Source of the DNA: Candidatus Woesebacteria bacterium
GTDB taxonomy: Bacteria; Patescibacteriota; Microgenomatia; UBA1400; UBA12028
DNA length: 64,000 nt
Assembly: GCA_040006915.1 (NCBI GenBank)
Contig: JBDTWD010000001.1
Location: forward strand, 34,229-98,228
Reading direction: 5' to 3'
Shown here one piece after another: positions 46,559 through 56,143 of the stretch. Numbering within the stretch: the first letter of the stretch is position 1; every line of letters starts with the position of its first letter. The notes under the pieces are model-generated. The model searched no databases, was not told the origin of the DNA, and was given only the letters and a program-made list of their open reading frames with translations. The translations under genes were made by a program, and so were the position numbers.

Positions 46559-47734
46559 TTAATTTATTTGGATTTTTTGACTAAAAATATCAGACATTAG
46601 TTTTTTTTTCAGTTGATTTAAATAGTTCTTTGCATCAATTTCAGTTTTAATTTTTTCTGATAAATAGTGGATACTGGTGACTATTTTTTTTTGTGTCCCG
46701 AGACTTTTTGGAATACGTATTTCAAAAGTGCGAATTTTTTCCATGGATAGACTCGATTGAGCTGTAGTACTAATGTTTTTTTTTATTTCATAATCAATCA
46801 GTGGGCTCATAAAGTATGTAAACAGATATTCTGGTAAAACTTTGTTTAAGCAGGATATTTTACAAACATTTGGACCCAAGTGAAACTTATTATTCTCTTC
46901 AATCAGTGCAACCGGACCGATAGTGCCAACGTATGAAAAAATCAAATCACCTTTAATCAATTGAGACCTTGGGAGTGCGTGAGAAACATTCAGAGGTATA
47001 GTTTTTGTATCGTTCAAATCTAGCGAGCCTTTCTTTATGTTTTTACCTCTCAATACTGTTATCTCTCCTTTGTCTCTATAGCTATTAAAATATTTTGTGA
47101 ATTCGTACCCAGCTAGTTTTGTTATATTAGCGACGTCTCCCAATCTTACTAACTCCCATTGCTCCGTGAGCTCTACTCCCTTCTCTCTTGTGCCATTCAA
47201 ATTTTCCGGTAATAGCACCTTCATTATTCCTTTTTTTAAGATCTCTGTTTTTTGAGTGATTTGATCGTTTTTTTCAATTTCTTCATCAACAGTTGATAAT
47301 ATTTTAGAAATTTTCTTTTGAATGATCTTAGGAGGTAGCGTGGCGACAATTTCATATACATCTTCTCTATTTAGGCCTGGAATTCCAGTTCCCCTATTCA
47401 TTTTTTCTAACCCAAGTGTTTGAAGTAAGTAATAAGTCCATCGAAGATCTACGCCTTCATGATCGATAACATAATAGGTTGTATCTATTGGCCAAAAAGG
47501 TGAATCAGAAAATTCAATTTTCCCTATGCTTCCTTTTCTACCAACAACTAAACCTTTGGAGTTGATAAGCGCTATGTCATTATGTCCAACGATGCCGTTT
47601 GACCCATAGACAGGGATGTTTCCTTTCTTCCTTTTGTGTGTAGGAAGATTCTTCCCATACTCTAGTTTCAAAAATTCCCCAGTCTTAACTTTTTTCCAGG
47701 GTAGACTTGTATTTGGCATATTATTTCTTCTCAT
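46559..47734 (-). CDS. hsdS: Type I restriction-modification specificity subunit (HsdS).
   Basis: Two-TRD architecture with conserved central and C-terminal helical repeats, ~390 aa, located inside the hsd operon. Confidence 0.75.
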   Translation of the reverse strand: MRRNNMPNTSLPWKKVKTGEFLKLEYGKNLPTHKRKKGNIPVYGSNGIVGHNDIALINSKGLVVGRKGSIGKIEFSDSPFWPIDTTYYVIDHEGVDLRWTYYLLQTLGLEKMNRGTGIPGLNREDVYEIVATLPPKIIQKKISKILSTVDEEIEKNDQITQKTEILKKGIMKVLLPENLNGTREKGVELTEQWELVRLGDVANITKLAGYEFTKYFNSYRDKGEITVLRGKNIKKGSLDLNDTKTIPLNVSHALPRSQLIKGDLIFSYVGTIGPVALIEENNKFHLGPNVCKISCLNKVLPEYLFTYFMSPLIDYEIKKNISTTAQSSLSMEKIRTFEIRIPKSLGTQKKIVTSIHYLSEKIKTEIDAKNYLNQLKKKLMSDIFSQKIQIN

Positions 47735-47905
47735 TTACGACCATATTGAGCTAGTGCTCGCAATGGTTTTTGGTTGATTTATTAGATTTCCTTTAATTTA
47801 GCTTCGCACTCTAGACTCAATTGTTCGATCATATCGGTGACTTCACCGATATGATATTTTGCCTATCTGTCGGTCCTTTTACTCGAGACGGAGAGTTGTG
47901 CAGGG

Positions 47906-47933
47906 TTGACAATAGGCAGTTTCAAGCTATAAT
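47906..47933 (+). promoter_or_regulatory. Perfect-consensus sigma-70 promoter (TTGACA, 16-nt spacer, TATAAT) on the plus strand, antisense to the hsd operon.
   Basis: TTGACA at 47906-47911, TATAAT at 47928-47933. Confidence 0.5.
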
Positions 47934-47940
47934 TAAATCT

Positions 47941-47993
47941 GATCGGAAACGATCAAATTCGTTGGCTTAAGGGCTCCTCGCGGAGTCCTTTTT
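47941..47993 (+). ncRNA. Putative ~50-nt small RNA, antisense to the NYN-hsdS intergenic mRNA. It has a GNRA hairpin (GATCG-GAAA-CGATC) and a terminator hairpin (GGGCTCC-tcgc-GGAGTCC) followed by TTTTT.
   Basis: Bounded by the consensus promoter (TSS ~47941) and an intrinsic terminator at 47971-47993. It ends 6 nt before the NYN gene stop codon on the opposite strand. Confidence 0.3.
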
Positions 47994-47998
47994 GCTAT

Positions 47999-48751
47999 CT
48001 ATAGCTGTTTGCTAATATCTGGCTGAATCTCCTTTGCGTTGCAGATGAAATTCCGAATTTTTTGAATATCAAAGATCTGCGCTTTTGTTGCTCCCAGCTC
48101 AATTGAGATCCGACGGGCCGTGGCAAAAATGACAACTTTCTTTTTATCTTTTAGTAACTGGGAGACGGGATCGGCGAAATCACTATCTCCTGACCAAAGG
48201 ATAAAGTTATCTGTACCTCCAGCATCATAGTCATGGAGCATATCTCTACCGAGCTCGACATCAAAATTACATTTTCGATGCTCAATGTATGTGATACCTG
48301 AAAGGTTTAAATCCTTAAGCTTATCGTTAAGAAATTCTATGGTTTCAAGGGTGAAACGTCGAAGAAGCGGTTTTTTGATGAAGTTTGCCAAGATAGCGGG
48401 TGAATTATTTGGTATACCAGAAACATCTATGGGTAGACGCATGATCTTTACAGCTTTTGTTGTAACTGCATAGTTCATTTTAGTCAAATCGTTTATGAAA
48501 TGAATAGAATCAGGGTTAGTTTCTAATGTTCCCTGATACAGTCGAACAACTGAAATTGCTGAGAATGAGTCACAGAATTGTTTTAACCTTTTCGGGTCAA
48601 TGTGCCAACTGAGTTTTTCAGACCAATGCAACATATTCGCCCAGTCTAAATATATGTTCGTTGGTTTATCAAAAATTTTCTCAAGTTCTTTTATACGATC
48701 TGGATAAATTTGTGCTAGCTTTTTAAGTCGTTCTGTTTTTGCTTTAAACAT
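47999..48751 (-). CDS. NYN-domain (LabA/PIN-like) predicted ribonuclease, embedded between hsdM and hsdS.
   Basis: IYLDWANM near the N-terminus and FILWSGDSDFADP match NYN/PF01936 conserved Asp motifs. The start overlaps the hsdM stop by 8 nt. Confidence 0.65.
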   Translation of the reverse strand: MFKAKTERLKKLAQIYPDRIKELEKIFDKPTNIYLDWANMLHWSEKLSWHIDPKRLKQFCDSFSAISVVRLYQGTLETNPDSIHFINDLTKMNYAVTTKAVKIMRLPIDVSGIPNNSPAILANFIKKPLLRRFTLETIEFLNDKLKDLNLSGITYIEHRKCNFDVELGRDMLHDYDAGGTDNFILWSGDSDFADPVSQLLKDKKKVVIFATARRISIELGATKAQIFDIQKIRNFICNAKEIQPDISKQL

Positions 48752-50447
48752 ATCCCAACTCCTTTATAAAGCTAGCTACTTTGGCATGAATTTGTTCGCG
48801 TTGTGTTTCCAGCTCTTGGAGCTCTTTCCACACTGCAGATACATCAATTTCCTCTACCTCATCGGTCGAATCAATGTAGCGTTTTATATTGAGGTTATAC
48901 TCATTCTCGGCGATTTCTTTCACCTCGATGACACGTGCGTATTTCTCTACATCTTGATAGGCGTCATACGCACTGACAATCTTCTCGATATCTTGATTGC
49001 GGAGTGTGTTCTGATTTTTCCCTTCCGCAAAATCGCGCTCCGCATCGATCATGAGAATTTTGTTTTTCTTGTGATCAGGTTTATTTTTATTTAATATCCA
49101 GACAGCCACAGGGATTCCGGTTCCAAAGAAGAGCTTCGGTGGGAGAGATACGATTGTATCGATGAGGTCATTTCTTATGATTTGTTCGCGAATCCGTCCT
49201 TCACTGCCGCCACGGAATAGCACTCCATGAGGAAGGATTATTCCAGCCCGACCATTCATATTCATGGATTTGATGATGTGGAGCACAAAGGCAAAGTCGG
49301 CATTCTTTTGTGGAGGAAGCTCATATTCACTTGTCCTGCCATACTTATCATTGCGAAAGATCTCAAATTCCCAATCTTTAATCGAGTAAGGGGGATTTGC
49401 AACACAAATATCCCATGTTTGTAAGTTTCCTGAGTCGGTCAAGAACTGAGGATTTGCTAATGTGTCACCACGACGAATATCAGCACTATCGAGGCCATGC
49501 AAAAACATATTTATCTTTGCGATGGCAAAAGTACTGATATTAATTTCTTGTCCATAGAGATAGAGAGTTCGGGCGATCTGTTCTCCTGCTTTTTTTTTCA
49601 GATAAGCATATGCTTCGAGCAGAAACCCACCTGATCCCACCGTCGGATCATAGATGTGATCCTTCTGATGAGGCTTAAGGATTCCAATGATTGCTCTTTC
49701 TACCTCTCGAGGCGAATAAAATTCGCCGCCTTTTTTTCCTGCATCTGCTGCAAATTGACTAATGAGATACTCATATGCATCTCCAAGCAAATCTGAGCTG
49801 ATATATGCACTCCCGAAGTTGTACTGCGAGAAATGATTGATCAGTCGCTGTAGTGTTTCATTTGGAAAACGATCTTTATTTGCAAAGTCGAGATCGGCAA
49901 ATATTTTATCGAGTTTGGGACTATTGACGTTTGTCAGCTTATCGAAGATTTCATTGAGTTTCCCCCCAATATCTGAGGGAGTGTTTTCTAGTGTCGTCCA
50001 CTTACAGTCGGCAGGGACCTGGAATCTGTGATTATAGTCAGCACGAGCAAGGTCTTTATCATGATACTCGTTGAGTACTACATCATATTCTTCATCCCAG
50101 ACATCGCTAATTCGTTTGTAAAAAAGAAGACCGAAGATATATTTTTTGTAGTCACTGCTATCAATTTTCCCTCGCAGAATGTCTGCACTTTTCCATAGCA
50201 TCTGTTTAAGCTCGGACAAGGTCATGGTGTGCGCACTGATCTGTGATAACAATCCACCAACGTCCGAATCAATCATTTTGGCGATTTCCTTCTGACGATA
50301 ACGACGATCCTGTCTGGGTCCAACTCGGAGTGGTACCAGTGTTCCATTTCTCTCCCAGTTACGTAGGGTGTCAGCATGAATACCAAAAAGTTTGGCTACT
50401 TGTCCGATACTTAGAAGTGCTTTTTCTCTAGTTGCTTGTTCTGACAT
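48744..50447 (-). CDS. hsdM: Type I restriction-modification N6-adenine DNA methyltransferase subunit (HsdM), with an N-terminal HTH-like extension.
   Basis: NPPY motif VANPPYSIKDW. AdoMet motif I DPTVGSGGFL. HsdM N-terminal domain. Confidence 0.9.
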   Translation of the reverse strand: MSEQATREKALLSIGQVAKLFGIHADTLRNWERNGTLVPLRVGPRQDRRYRQKEIAKMIDSDVGGLLSQISAHTMTLSELKQMLWKSADILRGKIDSSDYKKYIFGLLFYKRISDVWDEEYDVVLNEYHDKDLARADYNHRFQVPADCKWTTLENTPSDIGGKLNEIFDKLTNVNSPKLDKIFADLDFANKDRFPNETLQRLINHFSQYNFGSAYISSDLLGDAYEYLISQFAADAGKKGGEFYSPREVERAIIGILKPHQKDHIYDPTVGSGGFLLEAYAYLKKKAGEQIARTLYLYGQEINISTFAIAKINMFLHGLDSADIRRGDTLANPQFLTDSGNLQTWDICVANPPYSIKDWEFEIFRNDKYGRTSEYELPPQKNADFAFVLHIIKSMNMNGRAGIILPHGVLFRGGSEGRIREQIIRNDLIDTIVSLPPKLFFGTGIPVAVWILNKNKPDHKKNKILMIDAERDFAEGKNQNTLRNQDIEKIVSAYDAYQDVEKYARVIEVKEIAENEYNLNIKRYIDSTDEVEEIDVSAVWKELQELETQREQIHAKVASFIKELGYV

Positions 50448-50658
50448 AGAACCCTACTATAGCGTGTAAAAAGCCAAAAACAAGTACAAATGTCACCGAA
50501 TTCATAACATTTCATAGGTTTATGGGGAAAAGACGAATATTGTATTAGCAAAAACAGTTATTTATTTTGAATTACTGCCAATTTCTGAATTAATCATAGG
50601 TACCTTCATCTACTATCGTTTCTCGTCAGCTCAATATATCAGAGATCAAGTAACCCTT

Positions 50659-51606
50659 TTATTCTCCTGACTGCGTGTCTGTGCTTTGTACGGTACACAC
50701 GAGAACGGTTGATGCGGTTTCTGTATCATCGATGACGACTGTGACATGCTCACCTGGTTTCAAATCCGATTTTGATGCGCCGCCGGATGCTGTTTTGATG
50801 AGTGTTTGATCGGTGAGGGTAATTGTTTGGTTGCTGCCTTTCCTGCTTTGAATCGTTATTCTGTTCTCTCCCACAGTGATTATCTGTCCGGTACCACCGG
50901 TACCGTTGCAGAGATCACGGTTTTGGGGGACAACCCCCTCCTGTGAGGTTTCCCCAGCATTCATCTGACCGCTGCCAACATCGACACCAGGATTGTGCTG
51001 CATATGAGCGAGTGGATACACAACGGTTCCATACACAACTGCAAGAGCCGCGATACCTAACGCTGTGGAAACGAGAATATTTTTATACTTTCCTTTATGT
51101 ATCCAGGTGATGAGGATAGTGGCTGCGAAGTACCCAAGCATGACACCGAGTGCATTCAGCATCACATCGTCGATATCAAATATACCCACGTGCAACAGTG
51201 TTTGCAGTCCCTCGATTGCAAGACCGGAGGCTATGGCAAGAATGAGTGATTTTTTCCAGGTCAAGGTTGGGAAGACAAATGGAGCAAAGAAACCGACGGG
51301 GATGAGAAGAGCAATGTTTCCTACCAGGTTAATACCGGCGATGATGAGTCCTTTGTCACCAAACAAGTACGGTCCGATGGTTCGAAACGGGATAAAGTTG
51401 GCAGGATGACTGGCGTCTGTTCCGCCAAAATTTAACATCAGTGAGCCTATGTGAATTGTTGGTATGTCCTTATATACCATTATCTTTATGAGGAGGGCTG
51501 CATACGCAAGGAGGATACCGGCTGAAAGCATGCGCAGGTAGTGAGCTGTAACGCTTATGTTTTGATTGAGTGCGGTCTGATTCTGTTGGGTTGGAGATGT
51601 ATTCAT
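50659..51606 (-). CDS. VanZ-like membrane protein with a C-terminal extracytoplasmic extension.
   Basis: HVGIFDIDDVMLNALGVMLGY matches the VanZ family DIDDV motif. Multiple TM helices, then a ~120-aa Gly/Thr-rich tail. Confidence 0.55.
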   Translation of the reverse strand: MNTSPTQQNQTALNQNISVTAHYLRMLSAGILLAYAALLIKIMVYKDIPTIHIGSLMLNFGGTDASHPANFIPFRTIGPYLFGDKGLIIAGINLVGNIALLIPVGFFAPFVFPTLTWKKSLILAIASGLAIEGLQTLLHVGIFDIDDVMLNALGVMLGYFAATILITWIHKGKYKNILVSTALGIAALAVVYGTVVYPLAHMQHNPGVDVGSGQMNAGETSQEGVVPQNRDLCNGTGGTGQIITVGENRITIQSRKGSNQTITLTDQTLIKTASGGASKSDLKPGEHVTVVIDDTETASTVLVCTVQSTDTQSGE

Positions 51607-51727
51607 TATGAATTTGTACTGTATTGTTGTGACAGGATATCATTTGACGGGACAAAAATGAAACATAGAGATGGAAATGTGTTTGTGTCTACGAAGCTCC
51701 TCCTCGCAGAGGAAATCAGGGAGTGCT

Positions 51728-52093
51728 TTATCTAGAATGAGTGAGCAAATATGCTGCCACTTGTGTATTAAGGACACGTTCTCTTTCAGTATCCTGTTCA
51801 GTTTTTTCTCTTGTGGGTTTATTTTCGTAAAACTGAATGTTTAATTGATCTTCTTTCACTGACACGTTCCATTTCCAACTTAAACCTGCCACTCTTTCTA
51901 AATCCCACATGAGTGAACCAGAATGGAAAATTTCTACTATTCTTTCTGGATCATCTAACAAAAGTGCCTGAATGAATGGATAGTTTGTTTTAGATTCTTG
52001 GATGTCTTTAACTCTTTGTTCTGTGTAAATAAGTTGAGCCACTAAAAAAAGTAATTCATTAACATGTTGGGGCGTAATTTCTTCGCGCTTCAT
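51728..52093 (-). CDS. Hypothetical protein.
   Basis: 121-aa ORF. Confidence 0.4.
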   Translation of the reverse strand: MKREEITPQHVNELLFLVAQLIYTEQRVKDIQESKTNYPFIQALLLDDPERIVEIFHSGSLMWDLERVAGLSWKWNVSVKEDQLNIQFYENKPTREKTEQDTERERVLNTQVAAYLLTHSR

Positions 52094-52247
52094 GTCTTTA
52101 CTTTAACATAAATTTGAAGGTTCGAGCCTCCACGTCGGGGTATCTAAAGTTAGAACCAACATTTAATGAATTTTCTTGAGGGAAATGAAGTTCCAGCGCA
52201 AACTGCTCCCCGTCGTGGAGGAAATGAGGAACCGCGTCGGTTTATTT

Positions 52248-52736
52248 TCAAGCCTTTTTTGTAGAAACAACTCTCGTATTAGAAATTGAATCATGCAGAC
52301 CAACGGGAAGAAAAACAAAACTAAATTGTTCAAAAGGGATACAACGTACTAAACTTCGTATAATCAGTTGTCGTATAGTTGGTTTTTTACCTTTTAAATC
52401 AACCACTCTTGTTTTTGTTACAACTTTACCCAATGTTTTACCAAATAGAATTTCAGATATAGTGAAATAGAAAAAGAACACAGGAATGTATAAAAAAAGT
52501 ATTTCTCCCAGTGGTTTTAAGTAGAAACTGTTTAAGACTAAGGGAAGTTGTATTGCGATTACCACTGCTCTAACTGCGGCTATATCGATTACATAGTTCA
52601 TGATTCTTTCTACTCTAGGAGCTAGAAAAATTGTTTTTGTTGGTATCTTTTTCATTCTTACATTATAGCAGGAGCTCGTGCTTCGATTTTGATTCGGCGT
52701 GTTCTTACTGCAAATGAATTCAGTTCTTAAATTCAT
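52248..52736 (-). CDS. RDD-family membrane protein.
   Basis: GKTLGKVVTKTRVVDLKGKKP resembles the RDD family loop. Three TM helices. Confidence 0.5.
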   Translation of the reverse strand: MNLRTEFICSKNTPNQNRSTSSCYNVRMKKIPTKTIFLAPRVERIMNYVIDIAAVRAVVIAIQLPLVLNSFYLKPLGEILFLYIPVFFFYFTISEILFGKTLGKVVTKTRVVDLKGKKPTIRQLIIRSLVRCIPFEQFSFVFLPVGLHDSISNTRVVSTKKA

Positions 52737-53360
52737 TTAGAGTGAATTTGAAAGAAATTCAAACGATTCAAAAAAATCTTTCCCCACCTCACTCGAGTCT
52801 GAACTAGAAAGCGTCATAAGAGTATATCTTTTCGTTCCTTGTTCAAACATCATGATATGGAAGTAATATTTATTTGGAGTGTTCACTAACCGAGCTTCCA
52901 GGGCAGGCTTATTCTTAAAAGTTACTTCATTTGTGCTCAAGAGAGTCGTGTCTTTATCTTTGAGCGCTTCAATTCCTGCGTGGGACCTTTCTTGTGTAGT
53001 TCCATCCTCAATCATTTCTTTGGGTAAGGTCATCACATTTACTGTGTAACTCGTCTCATTCTGATCATCAGTAGTTACTGATTCATATGAGTTGTATGGA
53101 ACTTTAATAAGAGCAAGAAAAGTTTTGTACCCTGATTGTTCTTTTGGAGTGCTGGGAAATTGAATTTTAAAATTGTCGGTAGTTGAAGAAAATGGACTGG
53201 GAACGGCTGTAGCTGAAGATTCTGGAATTGTTTGTGAAAGCAGTTGTTTTGCTCTTTGTTGTGCAGCAAAAAAAGCATTTAAAATACTATAAATAAATAG
53301 TGCGAGAATCCCAAGAGTAACTGGCCAATTCGACTTAGCTTTTTGTATGACATTTCTCAT
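52737..53360 (-). CDS. Hypothetical membrane-anchored or secreted protein.
   Basis: N-terminal TM/signal helix (WPVTLGILALFIYSIL), 207 aa. Confidence 0.4.
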   Translation of the reverse strand: MRNVIQKAKSNWPVTLGILALFIYSILNAFFAAQQRAKQLLSQTIPESSATAVPSPFSSTTDNFKIQFPSTPKEQSGYKTFLALIKVPYNSYESVTTDDQNETSYTVNVMTLPKEMIEDGTTQERSHAGIEALKDKDTTLLSTNEVTFKNKPALEARLVNTPNKYYFHIMMFEQGTKRYTLMTLSSSDSSEVGKDFFESFEFLSNSL

Positions 53361-53533
53361 GACCTGATTATATCAGGTCTACATTCCTAGAGCCAAGACT
53401 AAAGTGCGACCTCTCGTTCCAAATAGACTTAGGAGTACACTCATTTTTCTCATTTCTCTTTTTTTTGCATGAACAAGAGGAGTATTAAAATGAGGCTAAA
53501 ATATTGGCTTAGACTGAAGGAGCAGAAAACCTA

Positions 53534-53911
53534 CTATTTAGCTTCTTTGTCAGGTTGAAAGAGACCGAAGGTATTCCCCTCGGTATCAAGAAAGTATCCT
53601 TGCCAACACACACCCGGGACGGCAAATTTTTCCAGTGCAACTACTCCACCATTTTTCAAGATTTTTTCTGCACAGACATCAAAATCTACCACTTCAATAG
53701 AACAGGTATAGGCATTCGTTCCAGTTGGAGGTTTTGGTGCTGGTGCAGGACGCTTTAGTAGTCCTCCATTTATTCCCGCTTCCGTTATTCGCCAATAGTC
53801 AATTGCAAGGGCATCGTCTTTGGTGAATTTCCAATCAAAAATTTGTACATAAAAATTGACTGCTCTAGTGGGATCATCTGCTTGGATTTCAAAATAGTGT
53901 ACTGAATTCAT
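53534..53911 (-). CDS. VOC (glyoxalase/bleomycin-resistance) family protein.
   Basis: 125 aa with the typical pattern HYFEIQADDPTRAVNFY ... GYFLDTEGNTFGLFQ. Confidence 0.7.
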   Translation of the reverse strand: MNSVHYFEIQADDPTRAVNFYVQIFDWKFTKDDALAIDYWRITEAGINGGLLKRPAPAPKPPTGTNAYTCSIEVVDFDVCAEKILKNGGVVALEKFAVPGVCWQGYFLDTEGNTFGLFQPDKEAK

Positions 53912-53952
53912 ACTGTGATTATAGTGAAAATGAACGTGTTGCGCTTCTCCTT

Positions 53953-54384
53953 TTATTTTTTGATATCTCCTCTAAATATCCACTGAACTCCATACTTGTC
54001 ATAGAACTGTCCATACGTTCCAAATGGCATGTCATGCAACTCTTGTAATCTTGTATTATTTTTTCCATCCTTGAGTTTGTCAAAAACTGTCTGTAACTCA
54101 TTGGAGGTTTTTCCAATAACGAAAATTGCGAAGGTATTGCCTTGCACTGGATCAAAGTCTGGAGAAGCCATCCAGTCAGTGGCTGATATTTCCAAGCTGC
54201 CACTTTTTAACTGCGCATTTATAATCTTGTTGTGTTTTTCTTTTGGAAATTGGTCTTTCATTGGGGTATCACCGAGCTTTGTGAGAGTGAGCTCTCCGCC
54301 AAGACATTTGTGATAAAAAGTCATTACTTCGGCACAATTACCATCAAAGAGAAGAAATGGGGTACATCGTAAAGTGTGTTTCAT
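53953..54384 (-). CDS. PhnB-like / 3-demethylubiquinone-9 3-methyltransferase-domain (VOC superfamily) protein.
   Basis: PFLLFDGNCAEVMTFYHKCLGGEL ... FGTYGQFYDKYGVQW matches the PhnB/PF06983 pattern. Confidence 0.6.
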   Translation of the reverse strand: MKHTLRCTPFLLFDGNCAEVMTFYHKCLGGELTLTKLGDTPMKDQFPKEKHNKIINAQLKSGSLEISATDWMASPDFDPVQGNTFAIFVIGKTSNELQTVFDKLKDGKNNTRLQELHDMPFGTYGQFYDKYGVQWIFRGDIKK

Positions 54385-54584
54385 TGTTAATTAGCATAGT
54401 AAAATTATTTAAATATAAAACAATGAATTGGTAAGAAGTTTGTAAAATTTAGGACATCCAACTGAAGTTGAAAAGAAATTGAGGCTAAAATATTTGGTTC
54501 CCTGTGGAGAAGAAATCAGGGGCTGTTTTAGGGTGTAAATAAAGAACAAGCGGATTCAGGAGTGAATCCGCTTTGTTGATCGAG

Positions 54585-54812
54585 CTAGTCAGCACGATCA
54601 GAATCGGGTTGAACATACGTCTCTCTGCACCCCTTGTGGGTACATCTCACACGTATAACCTTCCCTTGTTTTCGAGACCACGAATTGTGACGATTGCTAT
54701 CATCACTTTTCACCGCCCTAGCAATATATGCTTCAGGAGTAATCCTCTCTTCCTCCGTGAGAAGGTGTAGAAGACGCGCGGTCTCATCGTCAATAACAAT
54801 TGTTTGGGGCAT
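54585..54812 (-). CDS. Hypothetical small protein.
   Basis: 75-aa ORF. Weak call. Confidence 0.3.
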   Translation of the reverse strand: MPQTIVIDDETARLLHLLTEEERITPEAYIARAVKSDDSNRHNSWSRKQGKVIRVRCTHKGCRETYVQPDSDRAD

Positions 54813-54945
54813 TTCTGCCTCCTTGTATATGGAGCGATAAGGGTAATTATAGACTAAGTTTGGAGGAAATCAATACTATAGGCCTAATTACTCTCCATCG
54901 GAGCTGAACGTGTCTGATATATGAAATTCTTGATATACTGTCTGA

Positions 54946-55398
54946 ATGAAGAAAATCATTGGAGTTGCTCTCGTGTGTCTGTCTGTTGTAACTGTGGCAC
55001 TGTTTCATCGTTCCTTCTGTCTGCAAGTAGATGCGAAAGAATGCGCACAAGGGACCAGTGTTGAACCTATGTCCGAAAGTCAGTTGGCACCCGGATATTA
55101 TACGTATTCTTCAAGTGAAATTGAGGCAGCTCGGCAAAGAGGTGATCGAGTGGTATTGTATTTTTGGGCACCATGGTGTTCGACATGTACCTCCCTCGAT
55201 TTAGATATCAAGCAAAAGAAAACCATGGTACCTCCTGGAGTTGCGGTGATGCGCATAGACTACGATTCAGCTAGAGAGTTGAAACGACAATACAATGTCG
55301 TGACTCAGCATACCTTTGTCCAAATCGACTCAAAAGGGAAAGAATTGTCTTCTTGGGTCGGGGGTGATTTCGAAAATTTCTCTAAATATTTACAATAA
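54946..55398 (+). CDS. Secreted thioredoxin-like protein.
   Basis: Signal peptide MKKIIGVALVCLSVVTVALF. Thioredoxin active site FWAPWCSTCT (CxxC). Confidence 0.7.
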   Translation: MKKIIGVALVCLSVVTVALFHRSFCLQVDAKECAQGTSVEPMSESQLAPGYYTYSSSEIEAARQRGDRVVLYFWAPWCSTCTSLDLDIKQKKTMVPPGVAVMRIDYDSARELKRQYNVVTQHTFVQIDSKGKELSSWVGGDFENFSKYLQ

Positions 55399-55524
55399 AA
55401 CAAGAACTGTGGAAAATGACGGACTGTCAGAATTTAATCTGCTGAACATGTCTCGTCAATTTTAGGAATGTCTACATAAAAAAGCCAAAATGATTCCCAT
55501 CCATAGAGGGAACGCGGGATTATT

Positions 55525-55983
55525 CTATATCGTTCGTTCCTCAACTCTCGTATAGTTGAGATCTAAGTCTTTTTCCCATGTTGTACCATCCGTACAGAGT
55601 TCTCCCTTCCCGACAATGGATTGTTTGTCTTTCGAAATGGTGAAACTGTATCGTTGAGAGAAACCTGGCTCATCACGCCACCACTTAAACGTGTTGCCTT
55701 TCATGCTTACCTGACAAATACGTGAAACTCCTCGTTCGTCATAGTACAGCATTGAATATGTTCCTAATTTTCCGTCTGCTCCAATGATCGCCATCCCATC
55801 TGGGAACTTGGGATGATCGACACTGGCGCGCATGATGATGAAAGCGCTTGATTCATGCCATTGGAAAGAAGCCTTACCATGAAGGATAGTGTCAGGAAAC
55901 TGGCTGTGTGAACCTGTGGTAGTCCAAATTCCGATAAATGGTTCAAAAATGTTTAAATATGGATTTGGGGGAAATTTTGTCAT
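55525..55983 (-). CDS. Lipocalin-like/DUF1579-like beta-barrel protein. The start is at the internal Met (MTKFPPNPYLNIFEP), not the long-ORF start 56109.
   Basis: FIGIWTTTGSH resembles DUF1579. The first 15 codons are duplicated at 57731-57775. Confidence 0.4.
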   Translation of the reverse strand: MTKFPPNPYLNIFEPFIGIWTTTGSHSQFPDTILHGKASFQWHESSAFIIMRASVDHPKFPDGMAIIGADGKLGTYSMLYYDERGVSRICQVSMKGNTFKWWRDEPGFSQRYSFTISKDKQSIVGKGELCTDGTTWEKDLDLNYTRVEERTI

Positions 55984-56143
55984 ACGAAAAGTATAGCAAA
56001 AGTGTACGTGTCTGTGATGACCCATGGTCATGCCTATCATGTCTGCAAATAGATTCTGACATCCTCTACGATTCCCTGCAAACAGACGAACAACTAAAAA
56101 CTGATGCATAAATCAACCTAAATAGCTTAATTTCTTAGAATAT

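Noticed and set aside
52105-52140. tRNA-like GGTTCGAGCC (T-loop-like) sequence downstream of gene 51728..52093.
   Set aside because: I could not fold the flanks into a T-stem, acceptor stem or anticodon arm, so it is not a tRNA. At most it could be a fragment, and that is unsupported.
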